From Tubulanus polymorphus (lineage: Eukaryota; Animalia; Nemertea): 64,000 nucleotides of DNA. Positions 24,940-37,400 of this stretch are shown in pieces. The notes below the pieces were generated by a model. The model saw only the letters and a program-made list of their open reading frames with translations, was not told where the DNA came from and did no database searches. Each line of letters starts with the position of its first letter. The stretch's first letter is position 1. The translations under genes and the position numbers were made by a program. The stretch spans positions 9,908,275-9,972,274 of the forward strand of contig NC_134032.1 in the NCBI RefSeq assembly GCF_964204645.1. Reading direction: 5' to 3'.

Positions 24940-27201
24940 TCAAGCGATTTCAAGCCGCTTCTTTTCGATTGCCGTTTCGATTTTATTCACGAGCGCTGCG
25001 ATATCTTTATTCTTGTCGACTTTCATGAACGATCCGCGGTGAGTCTTAACGACCGAAATCCAGTCGGGCAAAATCTCGGCGATCAAGCGCATGTGGCTCT
25101 CGACTTCGAGCGCCGTCATCCCCGACGTGTAGCTGTCGGCCATCTTCTTGTGAACGTCTTCGACGGGCAGGGCCGGTTTCTTCTCCAAAACGAAAACCGT
25201 ACGCAGAATCTTCGCCATCTCGGGCAGACGTTGCAGCATCGCATACTTTTCGTCGTCGCGCGGGTCTCGCGTCAACTGTGCCGACATTTTCTGCGCTTCC
25301 TTCGCGCGAATTCGCTCCAACAACGACGCCGAAACGCCTTTCAACGCGGCGCCACCAGCTACCGGCGGTTTATACGTCTGTTTCGACGTTTCCTTCAGTT
25401 GCTGTTTCGTCGCAGCGACCTTCGAAGCGGCAACCTTCGCGAGCGCCTGCTCGATACGCGGGTGCAACGCTTTCCCGGCGGATTTCGCTTCTGTCAAAAC
25501 ATCGGCGGCCGTTTTGAACACGCGCACCGTCGGCGGTTGCGGTAATTCGGCGGCGCGGACTTCGGCGACCTCGTCGACGCGGAATTTCGGATGCCAACGC
25601 GTGATCTTATCGTCGTTGACGCCGCAGGCCAAACGAGGGAAGAAACTCGCGAGGAATTCCTTGTGGCGTTTTTTGACGATCTCGACGAGACTGTAGTGGA
25701 AGAAATGCTTGCGTTTGACGACCAAGTCGCCGGTGAACATCTTCTGCCCATTTTTATTGTACAGGCATTTCTTCGCCGCCGTGGGGTCGTTCTCCGATCC
25801 GTCGATCAAATTCGGCTCGACCGTCAGCTCGTACTTTCGATGCTTATCGCCCGGAAATGCCGGTAATCCGCGCTCCTGCCGGTAGACATACGCGTCAGGG
25901 TAGACGGTCTTGATCTGGCCGAGTCGCTTCGTTTCGAACGTCTTGCGCACGAGTTCCTGCACGCCTTTCTTCAGTTTCGCGAACGTGCACGTCTCGGCGC
26001 GGTTGTGCAACATGCTCGTGATCGTCTCCGTGCCGCGGAAGAACTCGGCGAGAACTTTGTACGAATACGGCAAACTCAAGGTCGGCGGAACCTCGACGGC
26101 GAGCGTGTGAAAACGTTGATACGCCGGCAACGGCTTCGATTCTTCGGCTGCGTCTGCCTCAACTGTATCCGTCTGCTTCGATTCTTTATCCGTCTGCTGC
26201 TTCGATTCGTTCGCTGTCTGCTGCCTCGATTCGCGTTGCTTCGTCAATTCCTGCATGCGCGCTAATTTCGCCTGCAATTCGCGCAACTTTCCGCACTTCG
26301 CCAACTTAGTTTTCATTTCCGACGCGTTCGGCAGTGCCTTAAACTCGGCGGCTTCCGCGCTTTTCGCGTCGGCCGCGGCGCGTTTTACGAGATCGGTCTT
26401 CTCCAACATTTCGATCACCTTATTTCGAATCGGCGTGTAAGACACCGGTCTATCAACGGCGCTCTTCTCCGGTGCACTCTTCTCGGCCGCGTTTGTCTCC
26501 GTTGCGCGTGAATTTTGAACCGCTTTTCGCGCGTTACCGAACAAACCGTCGACTTCATCGACCCCGACCGCTTCTTCGACGCTCGGTTTTTTCAGCACGA
26601 GTTTCTTACGAACGGGAACATCGGCACCCGGAGATTTTCGCTCTGCGAATTTCTCGAAATCGTAACCCGGCGCCGCCTCGGGCGTTTTCAACAATTCCGA
26701 CAGCCGATCTTTTTTCGTCGATTTTCGGCCGCGTTTTTTCGGAGACGCCGATTGCGAAGGCGATTCGGACGAGACCGCGTCGTTAACCGTTGTCGCTACG
26801 GCTCCACGTTTACGCGGAGACGACATCGGGCTATTGTTGTGATCGTCGACGCTCGCTGTGATACTTTCGGCGACCTTGGATATGCCGACCTTTTTCTCTG
26901 AGGCGAGAATTTCCTCTAAAGTTTTTTGTGTCTTATTCGATGAAAGTTTCGTCTGATTTTTGACGGAGTTTCGCGATTTCGAAGCCGGTTTCGCGACTGG
27001 AGCAACGACATTTTTCGCGCTCGCGGATCGGAGGCTCCGTTTCGGTGGTTCTGGAGTCACGTCTGCCGACTCCTGTTGTTGTTGCTGCTGCTGCTGAGCG
27101 GCGGTAGGAAGTAAATGAACCTTACGTCGTTTCGAAGCTTGTAAATTTCCGGGCTTCTTTTTGACGGGAAACAACTCGACGATCTTCGGTTGCGAAGCCA
27201 T
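24940..27201 (-). CDS. CDT1: DNA replication licensing factor Cdt1, 753 aa, single coding exon
   Basis: Geminin-binding domain PAYQRFHTLA..LSLPYSYKVLAEFFRGTETITSMLHNRAETCTFAKLKKGVQ..LGQIKTVYP, the motif RWHPKF, and the C-terminal MCM-binding region LKGVSASLLERIRAKEA..RLPEMAKILRTVFVLEKKPALP. It also has an N-terminal PIP-like box, a Cy-like RKKL motif and CDK sites. A 5' UTR acceptor at 27231-27230 indicates an upstream non-coding exon. Confidence 0.97.
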   Translation of the reverse strand: MASQPKIVELFPVKKKPGNLQASKRRKVHLLPTAAQQQQQQQQESADVTPEPPKRSLRSASAKNVVAPVAKPASKSRNSVKNQTKLSSNKTQKTLEEILASEKKVGISKVAESITASVDDHNNSPMSSPRKRGAVATTVNDAVSSESPSQSASPKKRGRKSTKKDRLSELLKTPEAAPGYDFEKFAERKSPGADVPVRKKLVLKKPSVEEAVGVDEVDGLFGNARKAVQNSRATETNAAEKSAPEKSAVDRPVSYTPIRNKVIEMLEKTDLVKRAAADAKSAEAAEFKALPNASEMKTKLAKCGKLRELQAKLARMQELTKQRESRQQTANESKQQTDKESKQTDTVEADAAEESKPLPAYQRFHTLAVEVPPTLSLPYSYKVLAEFFRGTETITSMLHNRAETCTFAKLKKGVQELVRKTFETKRLGQIKTVYPDAYVYRQERGLPAFPGDKHRKYELTVEPNLIDGSENDPTAAKKCLYNKNGQKMFTGDLVVKRKHFFHYSLVEIVKKRHKEFLASFFPRLACGVNDDKITRWHPKFRVDEVAEVRAAELPQPPTVRVFKTAADVLTEAKSAGKALHPRIEQALAKVAASKVAATKQQLKETSKQTYKPPVAGGAALKGVSASLLERIRAKEAQKMSAQLTRDPRDDEKYAMLQRLPEMAKILRTVFVLEKKPALPVEDVHKKMADSYTSGMTALEVESHMRLIAEILPDWISVVKTHRGSFMKVDKNKDIAALVNKIETAIEKKRLEIA

Positions 27202-27719
27202 TTCGTTTCTTTTTTCGCTAACGACGATCCTGGAAGGTCAAAAGATTCGATTTTTTTAGTTATTTTTCGAAATTCAAAATTATGCAGTTAAAATCATGGG
27301 AGCTCGCAAGTTGCAGAGTTGTAGATATTGTGAATGATGATAATCTATAAATCTTTAATCTCGCGTCGATAAAATGACTCTTTATAGGATGAAGGATTAA
27401 CATAGTATCATTTTTACAGTTCCTACAACTCCGATAAGACTGAGCCCCTGTGTTTAACATAAGGATTTTTTGAATGATGATTCGATTTGCAGCAATCATT
27501 ATTAATTAGGTAGGCCTATTCTTCATTCTTCTCATCTCCCCGAAAAAAACATGTTGAAAAAAATATCTTTTTTTCATTTAATCATTGTTTAGTTTATAGT
27601 TTCTAAACGAAGAAGAATTTTTTTTATCAATTTGTCATTTTGAAAATGGACGTCAAGACACAATCAGCAATCACCTTATGCCTTTCTTGATTACTGATCA
27701 CTAACTGATCACAAAATAA

Positions 27720-28204
27720 AATTTCCCGCAATTGAATAAGATTAACGTAATGCGGTCGGCAATCGTTAGTATTAGATCAGAGACGGAAGAGGTTGGACTC
27801 TGGATGGGTTGACTACACTAGATTCGAATCCCGAAGACTTTTGCAATTTCTTTCGATATACGTGTGAACGAATTGACGACAGCTGTCTCAGTTTGTAAAG
27901 ATAACCGATTTTGAATAACTACAAAACGTAAAAAGAAGTCATTTGAAAAAAATTGTCATTTTGTAACAATAATGTTCGATTGACAGTTGGCTGCATCAAG
28001 CGGGTACGAATCCCGCTTAAGCAATATTTTTCACCAGTCGACCCAAATACTAGAAATAACGTTTCATGACCAATTTCCTCATCCAAAACAAAACGATATA
28101 AGAACCAGCGATGCAAACTAATAACACGAGTTGCAAAAATGATTTTTTGCCGAGATTTCTGACATCCAGGTGAAAGTGACGTCATCGAAAGTAAAATGGC
28201 GGCC
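27720..28204. promoter_or_regulatory. Divergent promoter region between CDT1 and the OXR1/NCOA7-like gene
   Basis: E2F-like TTTCCCGC at 27722-27729 on the CDT1 side (CDT1 is a known E2F target). A palindromic CRE TGACGTCA at 28177-28184 and a YY1-like AAAATGGCGGCC at 28193-28204 precede a putative + exon ending at the donor 28455. Confidence 0.5.
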
Positions 28205-28927
28205 ACAATCAGCTGTGGGTTGTGGCTCGAAAAACACTGACAGAACTGACGAAATTAGGACGCACCCGGCGCACGGCAAGGTTTGTCAGCGCTTCTAAAT
28301 TCAGCGGGAGGATATATTTTTCAAGCTCAACTTCAAATTGAGTCGATATCTCTATTGGTTTAGGAGATATCCGAGATTTCATGCGGGTTGTGCTAAATCT
28401 GCCAACTGACTGCGAGAAGAAATTCCTCTGGTGGAAGAAAAACAATAACAAACAGGTATTATGACAAAGGAGAAGAATAAGGGGGTTCGGTAATTATCTC
28501 TGAGAACCAGGGCATTTGATCAATTGAATTTGTTAATTAGTTACTTAGAACGAAATCGTGGGGAATTTGTAGAATTTCACAGATTCTTTCTTGGTTTGTT
28601 GGATTTAATTCTGCTGGCATTTGTAATTGTTTAAGAAAATATATAGGCCTATTGCAACGTCTTTATTTACAGGAGAGAAATTGGACTTGATATCTGGTGT
28701 GTTCGGAATTTAAAAAGAAAACATTACGTCTTGGATTTCTTATATTTCCTGGAAGGTGAAAGTGGACTATTCATGTTAAGCGCACGCCGAAAAATCGCGC
28801 GCCCCTAGTGGTTCGAATTAGGCCTAGGGAAAAATGGATATTATACACAACTGCCATCGAATTTGGCTCTAAACAGGAAGGTACTAGTTTCAGCGCGTTT
28901 GCTCGGAAATATCAACGAGTGTTAAAA

Positions 28928-31379
28928 ATGGCGACAGAACGGAAAAAGTCGTTCAAAGACAAGGCGAAAGAAAAGCTTGGATTCGGAACGAAGTAAGTTC
29001 ATTTATCGAAATATTCAGATGAAGATTTTCTTATTTATATACACTTTCTAATCCTACCCGGACAATTTACAAACTTTTTCTCGCAATCTGGGTTAATTTC
29101 AATTTTTAATTGATTTTGATTGATGAAGAGTTGTTTCGATTTGAGTTATCTAATTAATCTAGTCATTATAGTTAGAATTTAAGATGGAATTTAATTTCTC
29201 GTCGAGAAATACTTCAAAACGTTGAACGCTGAACACTCGTTTTGATTTTTAAGAGAAATTCTAAGGCCTGTTGTGTTGGCGTTCTATATGGAGAGTAAAA
29301 AAGAAAACTTTGAAAACAACTGTCATTAAAACCCATGCTCTTTGTAGTTTACGTTCCGTGCTAACAAAAACAAACTTTCAACCATGATTCAACATATACA
29401 ATTGTATGCGTAGGTTATCACCCTTTTGGTGGACTGATTTATAAACAACGTTATCAATGGAATCTTCAAGGACAGATTATATTATATAGCCTTATCAAAA
29501 CGATTGTTCATTTGACTTTGGAACCCGTATTTTTGGACTAGGGCCTACCTACGAGCAATTATCTGAACGATTTGTTCAGATAATTGCTCGTAGGGCCTAC
29601 CCACAGTGTCACTATTTTACATGGTCTATTGCCTCTGGTCAAAATAGAGGGTTCATGTGTTTGAAAGCTGTCAGTCTTTCACTGGCCTCACGTCAATCTA
29701 GGATTCATGTAGGCCTATTTGAATCCTGGTGGTAGCAGTCAGTCAGTCTTTCACTGGTCTCACATCAGTCTAGGATTCATGTATTTGAATCCTGCTAGTA
29801 GCAGTCAGTCTTTCACTGGTCTCACATCAGTCTAGGATTCATGTATTTGAATCCTGGTGGTAGCAGTCAGTCAGTCTTTCACTGGTCTCACATCAATCCA
29901 GGATTCATGTATTTGAATCCTGGTGGTAGCAATCAGTCAGTCAGTCAGTCTTTCATCAATCCAGGGTTCATGTGTTTGAATCCTGGTGGTTGCAGTCAGT
30001 TCGTCATGGACTGGCTTCGTCAATCCAGGGTCCATGTGTTTGAATCCTGGTGGTTGCAGTCAGTTCGTCATGAACTGGCCTCGTCAATCCAGGGTTCATG
30101 TGTTTGAATCCTGGAGGCAGCAGTCGAGTCAGACTTTCACTGGTCCTTCATCAATCCAGAGTTCATGGTATTGACAGAGTTTCTTCTTAGTCAATAATTA
30201 TTCTCCAGCCTCTCTTCAGGGAAAATATTTGCAGGAACAAATCGAACAATTTTGTCCCTATCCTGTCTGAAAGACCTTTTGTAGCTCTGGTAACTTATTT
30301 ATCGCATGCATGTCCTGATTTTTATAACCCAGTAGTTAAAACCGGTGGCAAACTGATATGTATTTGTCCTAGTTCCACCAATTACACAGATAAATCTTTT
30401 GTTTGCCGATATATCCAAACTAATTTTTAAATACTGTCTGTCTGTCTGCGCGCCTGTCTAGACTATACGCTGAATTGATTCAGATTCCATGTTTTTAAGC
30501 GAAACTAAGCGCGTGTTTCAAAGTTGTCACCGGTACGTGAATCAATACACTCGTCGGACTGAGTTCGTAAGTCTAGTTGTTTTTACTCAAAACGAATCGT
30601 AAGTCTTCGAAATCGATCGATCGATCGTATAGTGGGAAACCGTGTTACACGTTTCGCGCGTCTCGTAGCCAAATTTGCCGGCTCCGACGCCGTCTCGTTT
30701 CCCATACGGAGACATCCCTTTCTAAAATGGGTGACTCCGAGAATATCCCGATCGTGACATCGCGCGCTGAACCTCTTTCTTTAGTGAGTGGCGCAAAAAG
30801 TACGGCGCTCAGCGATATCAACGGTGGCTCCCGGCGGCAGGTTATCGGCATCTGAAAGAATGTCCTCCATCTTGAAAAATCTGTTTCTAGCTGTACCTTG
30901 GAGCCATCCCTCTATAGTGGGTGGCTCCCGGATCTCCAAATCCAGTGGCGTTGGAAGTGCAGCGACTGCAAATTTACTGAACGAAATTTTTTTCTTCCTA
31001 TTCCAGTTTTTGACAATATTGAAGTAAATTTGCCGCAGCATTATGAGAACCTGTCAGAAATCAGCAATTGGCGGCGGCAATCAAAAATTGCTTCCAACGC
31101 GCCTCAAATCATGGCGTGCCCTATTCTAGTAAGTTAGCGCTGAGTGTAGTTACTCTTGGCAACAGTTAAGAACGCAGGGGTGGATTCAAGTTATATTCCA
31201 CCCCAACCCCACCCTGACCGGTCCAGGATGCTTTAGGAGGAAAACAAGTTATTTTTCAAAATCGCTCGCTACTTCGTCGGCAGATCATTGAGCAGTAATT
31301 GACAGGGCTCTCTTCAAGAAGCACGTTTTGGAGAACCAAGCGCTTTGAGCTCTCGGATGGAAAAGCGCTATAGAAGAAC

Positions 31380-31432
<53 letters not shown>

Positions 31433-34400
31433 TTCTAGGAATATTGTCAAATTCACCCGATGGAGCCGCCCCTGGAACGTCCATCGCGGAAACCTCATTT
31501 CATCCTGTGTTCAGTAAGTGTTATCGAGGTATCAAGGTCCATTCAATGATACGGATACTCGTACTGCGATACGGCGTTATCGATCTCGAGCGCGATACTC
31601 TACACGCGTATATGATATGATCATATATCCGCGCGATTGATGACCGATCAATATTATATTATTGATCCGTATAAATCCAGTCTGATAATTGCTTTGAGCC
31701 GTTTATCCCCGAACGAACGACAACTCGGACAACTTTCGCCGTTACAAATACGACCGAACTTAAGCCTCGTCATTTATTTCTAAGTTTATCAACAAGCGCG
31801 GCGACAACAGTAGAGACTTAAAAAAAGACCGGTCTATAAGCTCGTTTCGGTTCCACGTCCAATCTGACAGTGTTGACAAAAGAAAAGTCTTAGCAATTTT
31901 AGTTCTATAACCAATCTATAACAACTTAAGACCAGCTCATTTTGGTTCTATAGCCAATCTAACAACTTAGGACCAGGTAATTTTGGTTCTATAGCCAATT
32001 AAACAACTTAGGACCAGGTCATTTTGGTTATATAGCCAATTAAACAACTAAGGACCAGGTCATTTTGGTTCTATTGCCAATCTTACAAATCAGGACCTGG
32101 TGATTATGGTTCTATAGCCAATCTAACAATTTGGGACTGGCTCATTTTGGTTCTATAGCCAATTGAACAACTTAGGACCAGGTCATTTTGGTTCTAGATT
32201 CAACCTAACAACTTTGAGGACAGTCTATAAGCTCATTTTGGTTCTATATCCAATCTTACAACTTACGTAAGATACCTGTCCTCAAACCAACATTGTGACT
32301 ATGACCAGTCTATAAACTAATTTTCGAAAAAAAATGGAATGGGTTAAGACCAGTCGAAGCAATTTCAGTTCTATAACCGATCTAACAACTTACCACCAGT
32401 CTAAGCTCACTTGGATGCTGTGCCCAACGTTTTTAACTTTAGATCAGTGAAGCTTATTGGGGCTATATAAACAATTATATCAAACAATTCATATGATTCA
32501 ACTCACCTTGACTCCGGTCAAGACGTCTTGCAGGAATTTTTTTGAAATAGAATTTTGTAAACAAAACTAATAAAGCGTATTTGATAAAGATCGAACTGTT
32601 CATTTCATTCGATGGACTTTAGTTACCCGGCACTAACCTTTCGAGGTCGAAATGAAAACCCTGGAAAATGCGATAAACTGAAGACCGATAGATCGCGACC
32701 AAATAACGCGAAAGTTGAACATTAATTGTTTGCGCGCACTAAGTGAAGATAAAGTTAACGTTTTAAGTTTATTTGCGAAGTCTAGTGATATAGTCTAGGA
32801 CTTGTGAAGGGCGTATGCGCAGGTTTCCGGGAGGAATAAATAAACATTACGCCAGTCTCTTAAGAACCCTAACAGTTGTGTATAAAGGCACGTCTTGGTT
32901 TCATAGTTTTTGAAGGACGAATGGAGGACTATATACGACTGTCTGGACTTACGGATCATAAATTTCTGTAATGGGAATTTTTGGCGGAAATCCAAAATCT
33001 CGAATTTGTTGTTGCTGTTGCGGTCATATTTTCCATGCGAGGATGTTCAGATTTGCGAAGTAAATAATGTATTTTTTGTCGCTTCTTTATAGATCGATGA
33101 TTTTTTTTTCTGAGAGGGGGGTTGAAAATGGTTAGACAGATTTACATCTTTAGGCCTTACCTATTCGACAAAACAGCTTTTTATTATCCCAATTCCTTCA
33201 TTATCTCAATGAATCTTCCTGAAGTTTTTTCATATTTCGACCCTTAATAATATGCGATATTAGCTCGTGGAAACTACGCGAGTATGTTTTCCATAAAGTT
33301 CCGATGAAAATACGTTATGATTCGAAAATCGTTAGGTGGTGAGGTACCAACATTGCCAGGTTTTGGCGCCCTGACTATACAGCTAACTAACTAACTGCAC
33401 CGGTTTAGAAACTACAATATTTGAATGTATCAATATGAGATGTTAGACTTCAGATAAGAGCGGCTAAGCTCATTTAGGGTTCAATTACTAATCCAACTAC
33501 TAAAGGCCAGTGTAAGCTCATTAAAACTATCCTGTGTTATGACTGATGACTTAGCAGTCGGAATCGATTATCAAGATCATCAGACATATGTCTGGCTTAC
33601 GGGAACCCCGGGCGGACGGCGCTCGTGTGTGTTGGGGTAAAATCTTTGATCTATCGATTACGACTGGAAACATCTGTACGAATCAGCCAGTTATAAATCT
33701 CTGATATTTGATCACCTATTTGAATAAATTATGAGGCATACAAGGCTGAGGGGGTATACGCACACACATGCAGTGACATTATTGATTCGTTTTATCTGCA
33801 AATATATCATAACTGTATATGTTCATATTCAAGTCAATGATACTGGTCAGTCCATCGGTCAGCAGTCCTTGTGTCCAACTGCCACGTCAGTTAGTCTTCT
33901 GGTCATTTTGCTGCTCATTGTGTCCAACTGCTAATTCCATTTTCCAGTTAGTCCACTGGTCATTTTGTTGGTTGGTCCGTGTGTCCAACTGCCACCTCGA
34001 TTTGCCAGTTAGTCCACTGGTCATTTTGTTGGCTGGTCAGTGTGTCCCACTGCCACTTTAGTTTTGCCAGTTAGTTCATTGGTCATTTTGTTGGCTGGTC
34101 AGTGCGTCCAACTGCCACTTTAGTTTGCCAGTTAGTCCACTGGTCATTTTGTTGGCTGGTCAGTGTGTCCAACTGCCACTTTAGTTTGCCAGTTAGTTCA
34201 TTGGTCATTTTGTTGGCTGGTCAGTGCGTCCAACTGCCACTTTAGTTTGCCAGTTAGTCCACTGGTCATTTTGTTGGCTGGTCAGTGTGTCCAACTGCAA
34301 CTTTAGTTTGCCAGTTAGTCCACTGGTCATTTTGTTGGCTGGTAGGTGTGTCCAACTGCCACTTTAGTTTGCCAGTTAGTTCATTGGTCATTTTGTTGGC

Positions 34401-37400
34401 TGGTCAGTGCGTCCAACTGCCACTTTAGTTTGCCAGTTAGTCCACTGGTCATTTTGTTTGCTGATCAGTGTGTCCCACTGCCACTTTAGTTTTGCCAGTT
34501 AGTTCATTGGTCATTTTGTTGGCTGGTCAGTGCGTCCAACTGCCACTTTAGTTTGCCAGTTAGTCCACTGGTCATTTTGTTTGCTGATCAGTGTGTCCCA
34601 CTGCCACTTTAGTAAGCCAGTTAGTCCACTGGTCAGTCCATCCTGCTATCTCAAGCAGTGTGTGCTCTATTTCGAAGCGTGTTAGTGGTGCCACCCAGTG
34701 ATGTAGATAGATTAATCTGATTAATATATCGAGTGCTATTCGATCTAATCCGATGTTTAACTAATTAGATAAACATGATTAATTAATTAACGCCATTAGG
34801 GCCTAATTGAAGTGCTAGATCGCGTGCGTGAGGATATGATCTGTTAACGCGACCGGGGAATATCTCATCTTACAGTTCTCCGGGTCACTGTCTCCACATG
34901 ACCTTGAATATCGAGGTCACATTTTCGAGGTTATTTTGGAATCTGTGCTGACTAATTGATATCCGGAAGTGCTGGAGATAATTTGAAAATTTTTGAAAAT
35001 TCCACCCTTGTGTGTTGTATAACAGGAATACCACTATAGTGCGTCTACACCGTGGTGCGATGTATCGTTACTAGTATTTCACAGTGTTGGACAGGCTCTG
35101 CCATTTTCAATAGAGATAGAAAATAATTACTAATTTCATCAATACACCGCGGCAGGGTGTACTAGCAAAGTTCATCACTGATTTACACCGCACTGCCGTG
35201 TATACGCACTGAAAGGGTAATTAACGGGATATTTTACTTTTGATTTTTCTTATGTGCGAATTATTTCAAAACTTACTTCGTTTCCTCGAATGAATGTGTT
35301 ATATATATGTGTGCAATGTTTACAGACTACTGTGGAGTGATGATGAAACGAATGATGGGTAAGTCTTAGTCGTCATCATCATCATCGGTATCTATATTGG
35401 TAGAAATCCCGCCTGGAAAATATGGCCGCCGCCTTAAATCCCCTTATGACATCACCAAATTAACGATAATGATAAATGATATAGTAGTAATGAATTACGA
35501 TTTGATTATCGATAGTCTTACGCGGTACTACGCACAAATTTGATGATGTCATGGGGGGATTTAACGGTGGCAGCCATCTTTTCAGGAAGGGTATATATAT
35601 ATATGTATATATATATTTTTATATGCCTATGGTAATCACCGGTTTAGTATTTCGCTGATTGGAGTTTCGTGATTCACACCTCGGCCTAGTTTATAGACAC
35701 GTTACTAAAACTTACGACCCGCCCGGTGGAACCAATTTCGCGACAAGTTTTTTTTATTTTCGAAGCATTTTCGATGAGTTTGAAAGTTGAAATTGATTTC
35801 GATTAACTTTGCGAAAATTGGGTGAACAAGGCACGATTTTGTAGACTGAATACCAAAGATATTTGCACGGAACTTAATCCCGGTGGGTCTGAAAAGTTGT
35901 AACTTATGTCTATAAACTTTAAAATCTGCACTGAGATTACTGTTGTTCCCACAAAAATTGAAAAAAAGTGAGAAAGAAAAAATTTGGATGACACAAATTT
36001 TTCGAGGCTTTCTTCTCTGGAAAATCAGGCTTTACTTTACTTTTGAACCATTATGGTGGTTTCGGATTTTAAAAATCTTGCAAGTTACGCTTTATTGAAA
36101 ACACGTTATTCAAAAAGGTGGGTATGAAGAAATTCAAATAGCAAATCAATGCCAAGTTCAGAGAAATGGAAAAATAGGTTTTGTTTTAAAGTAGCGAATT
36201 ATGGCGTGAAGCAAGGTTCAGTATTTGACACTATGCGCTACTAGAATAATGTTTCATCAAAATCACTTTTATTCTGATAAATAAGCCTATGATTTTAATA
36301 TCACATTCGTATCATGAAACAGATCTAATTCAATCATTCGTGATTATGAATAATTTATGAAGTTTTTTGTCGTAATCCGAGCGTCGCCCACACGGTGTCG
36401 TCAAAAGCTTTTGAAAAATCAGTATTAAATCCTGCCTCCAATTTATTTTACTTGCTGTCAAATGTAGCGTTTAATTATTTGAAATAGAATTCCGTATAGG
36501 GCTAAAAATATTTGTTCTAAAATAGATTTGGTAATATGTGGGTTGTATTAGAACGGTGCCAAAAATAGAAATGTCTATTTACAAAAATTACGTATTACTT
36601 TTGAGATTTCTTTTTTGAACCTTAATTAAAAGACTGATAGCGTAGATATTATGGATCCCGTAGATTACGTGGACACTTGCTGAAAGTTTGCTGGGTATAG
36701 GCCTTATAGCCACGATCACGCGAGCGTTCTTGGTCCGCTGTTGAAATGCTCACACGCTGAGGGGGTGTCAATGAAGCCCATGGTTGTTTGACCAGGGCCA
36801 AATAAGCTCCACGTGATCGCGGTTAGTAGTGCAAATGAATCCTTACAGATATGTGGCCCCTTAAAAGATTGTTAGAATCTAGGATAGTTTATGTGGACCC
36901 TTATAAGACTAAAGGGCCTATATATGGACCGTTAGTGAAATGGTAGATGATATGTTGATACGTGTATTTTTTGTGAAATTGTATGTTTGCAATGCACCGA
37001 TATTTTCGAGTTAGACAGAGCACTCTAGTTTAGAGTCGTAATTTTTTGGGACCGGTTTCAACCCGGTGATAACTCCCGATTGACTAATATTGATTGGGTT
37101 AGCCGTTGAGTTTCGGTAAGGGTAGAAAGGGTAAATCTAAAGACAGACTCGGAGCCAGTTCCACTGTCGATAGTTGTGTTGGTTTTATTTCATCGCGGAC
37201 CCAGCTCCACGGTACATGGGTCTAAACTGATTTTCTGGATCCAGTTCCACAGTGATATTGATTTTATTCGACTCTGGATCCTGTTCCACAATTTTGTGGG
37301 TTCAATTTGACTCCAGATCTATGTCTTCAATTGTGCGGATTTACGTTATTTTGACTCTGGGCCCCTTTCCAATATCGTGTGGATTTAATTTGATTCTAGA

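Noticed and set aside
25039-26901. Many overlapping ORFs on both strands
   Set aside because: These are shadow ORFs of the GC/CpG-rich CDT1 coding sequence.
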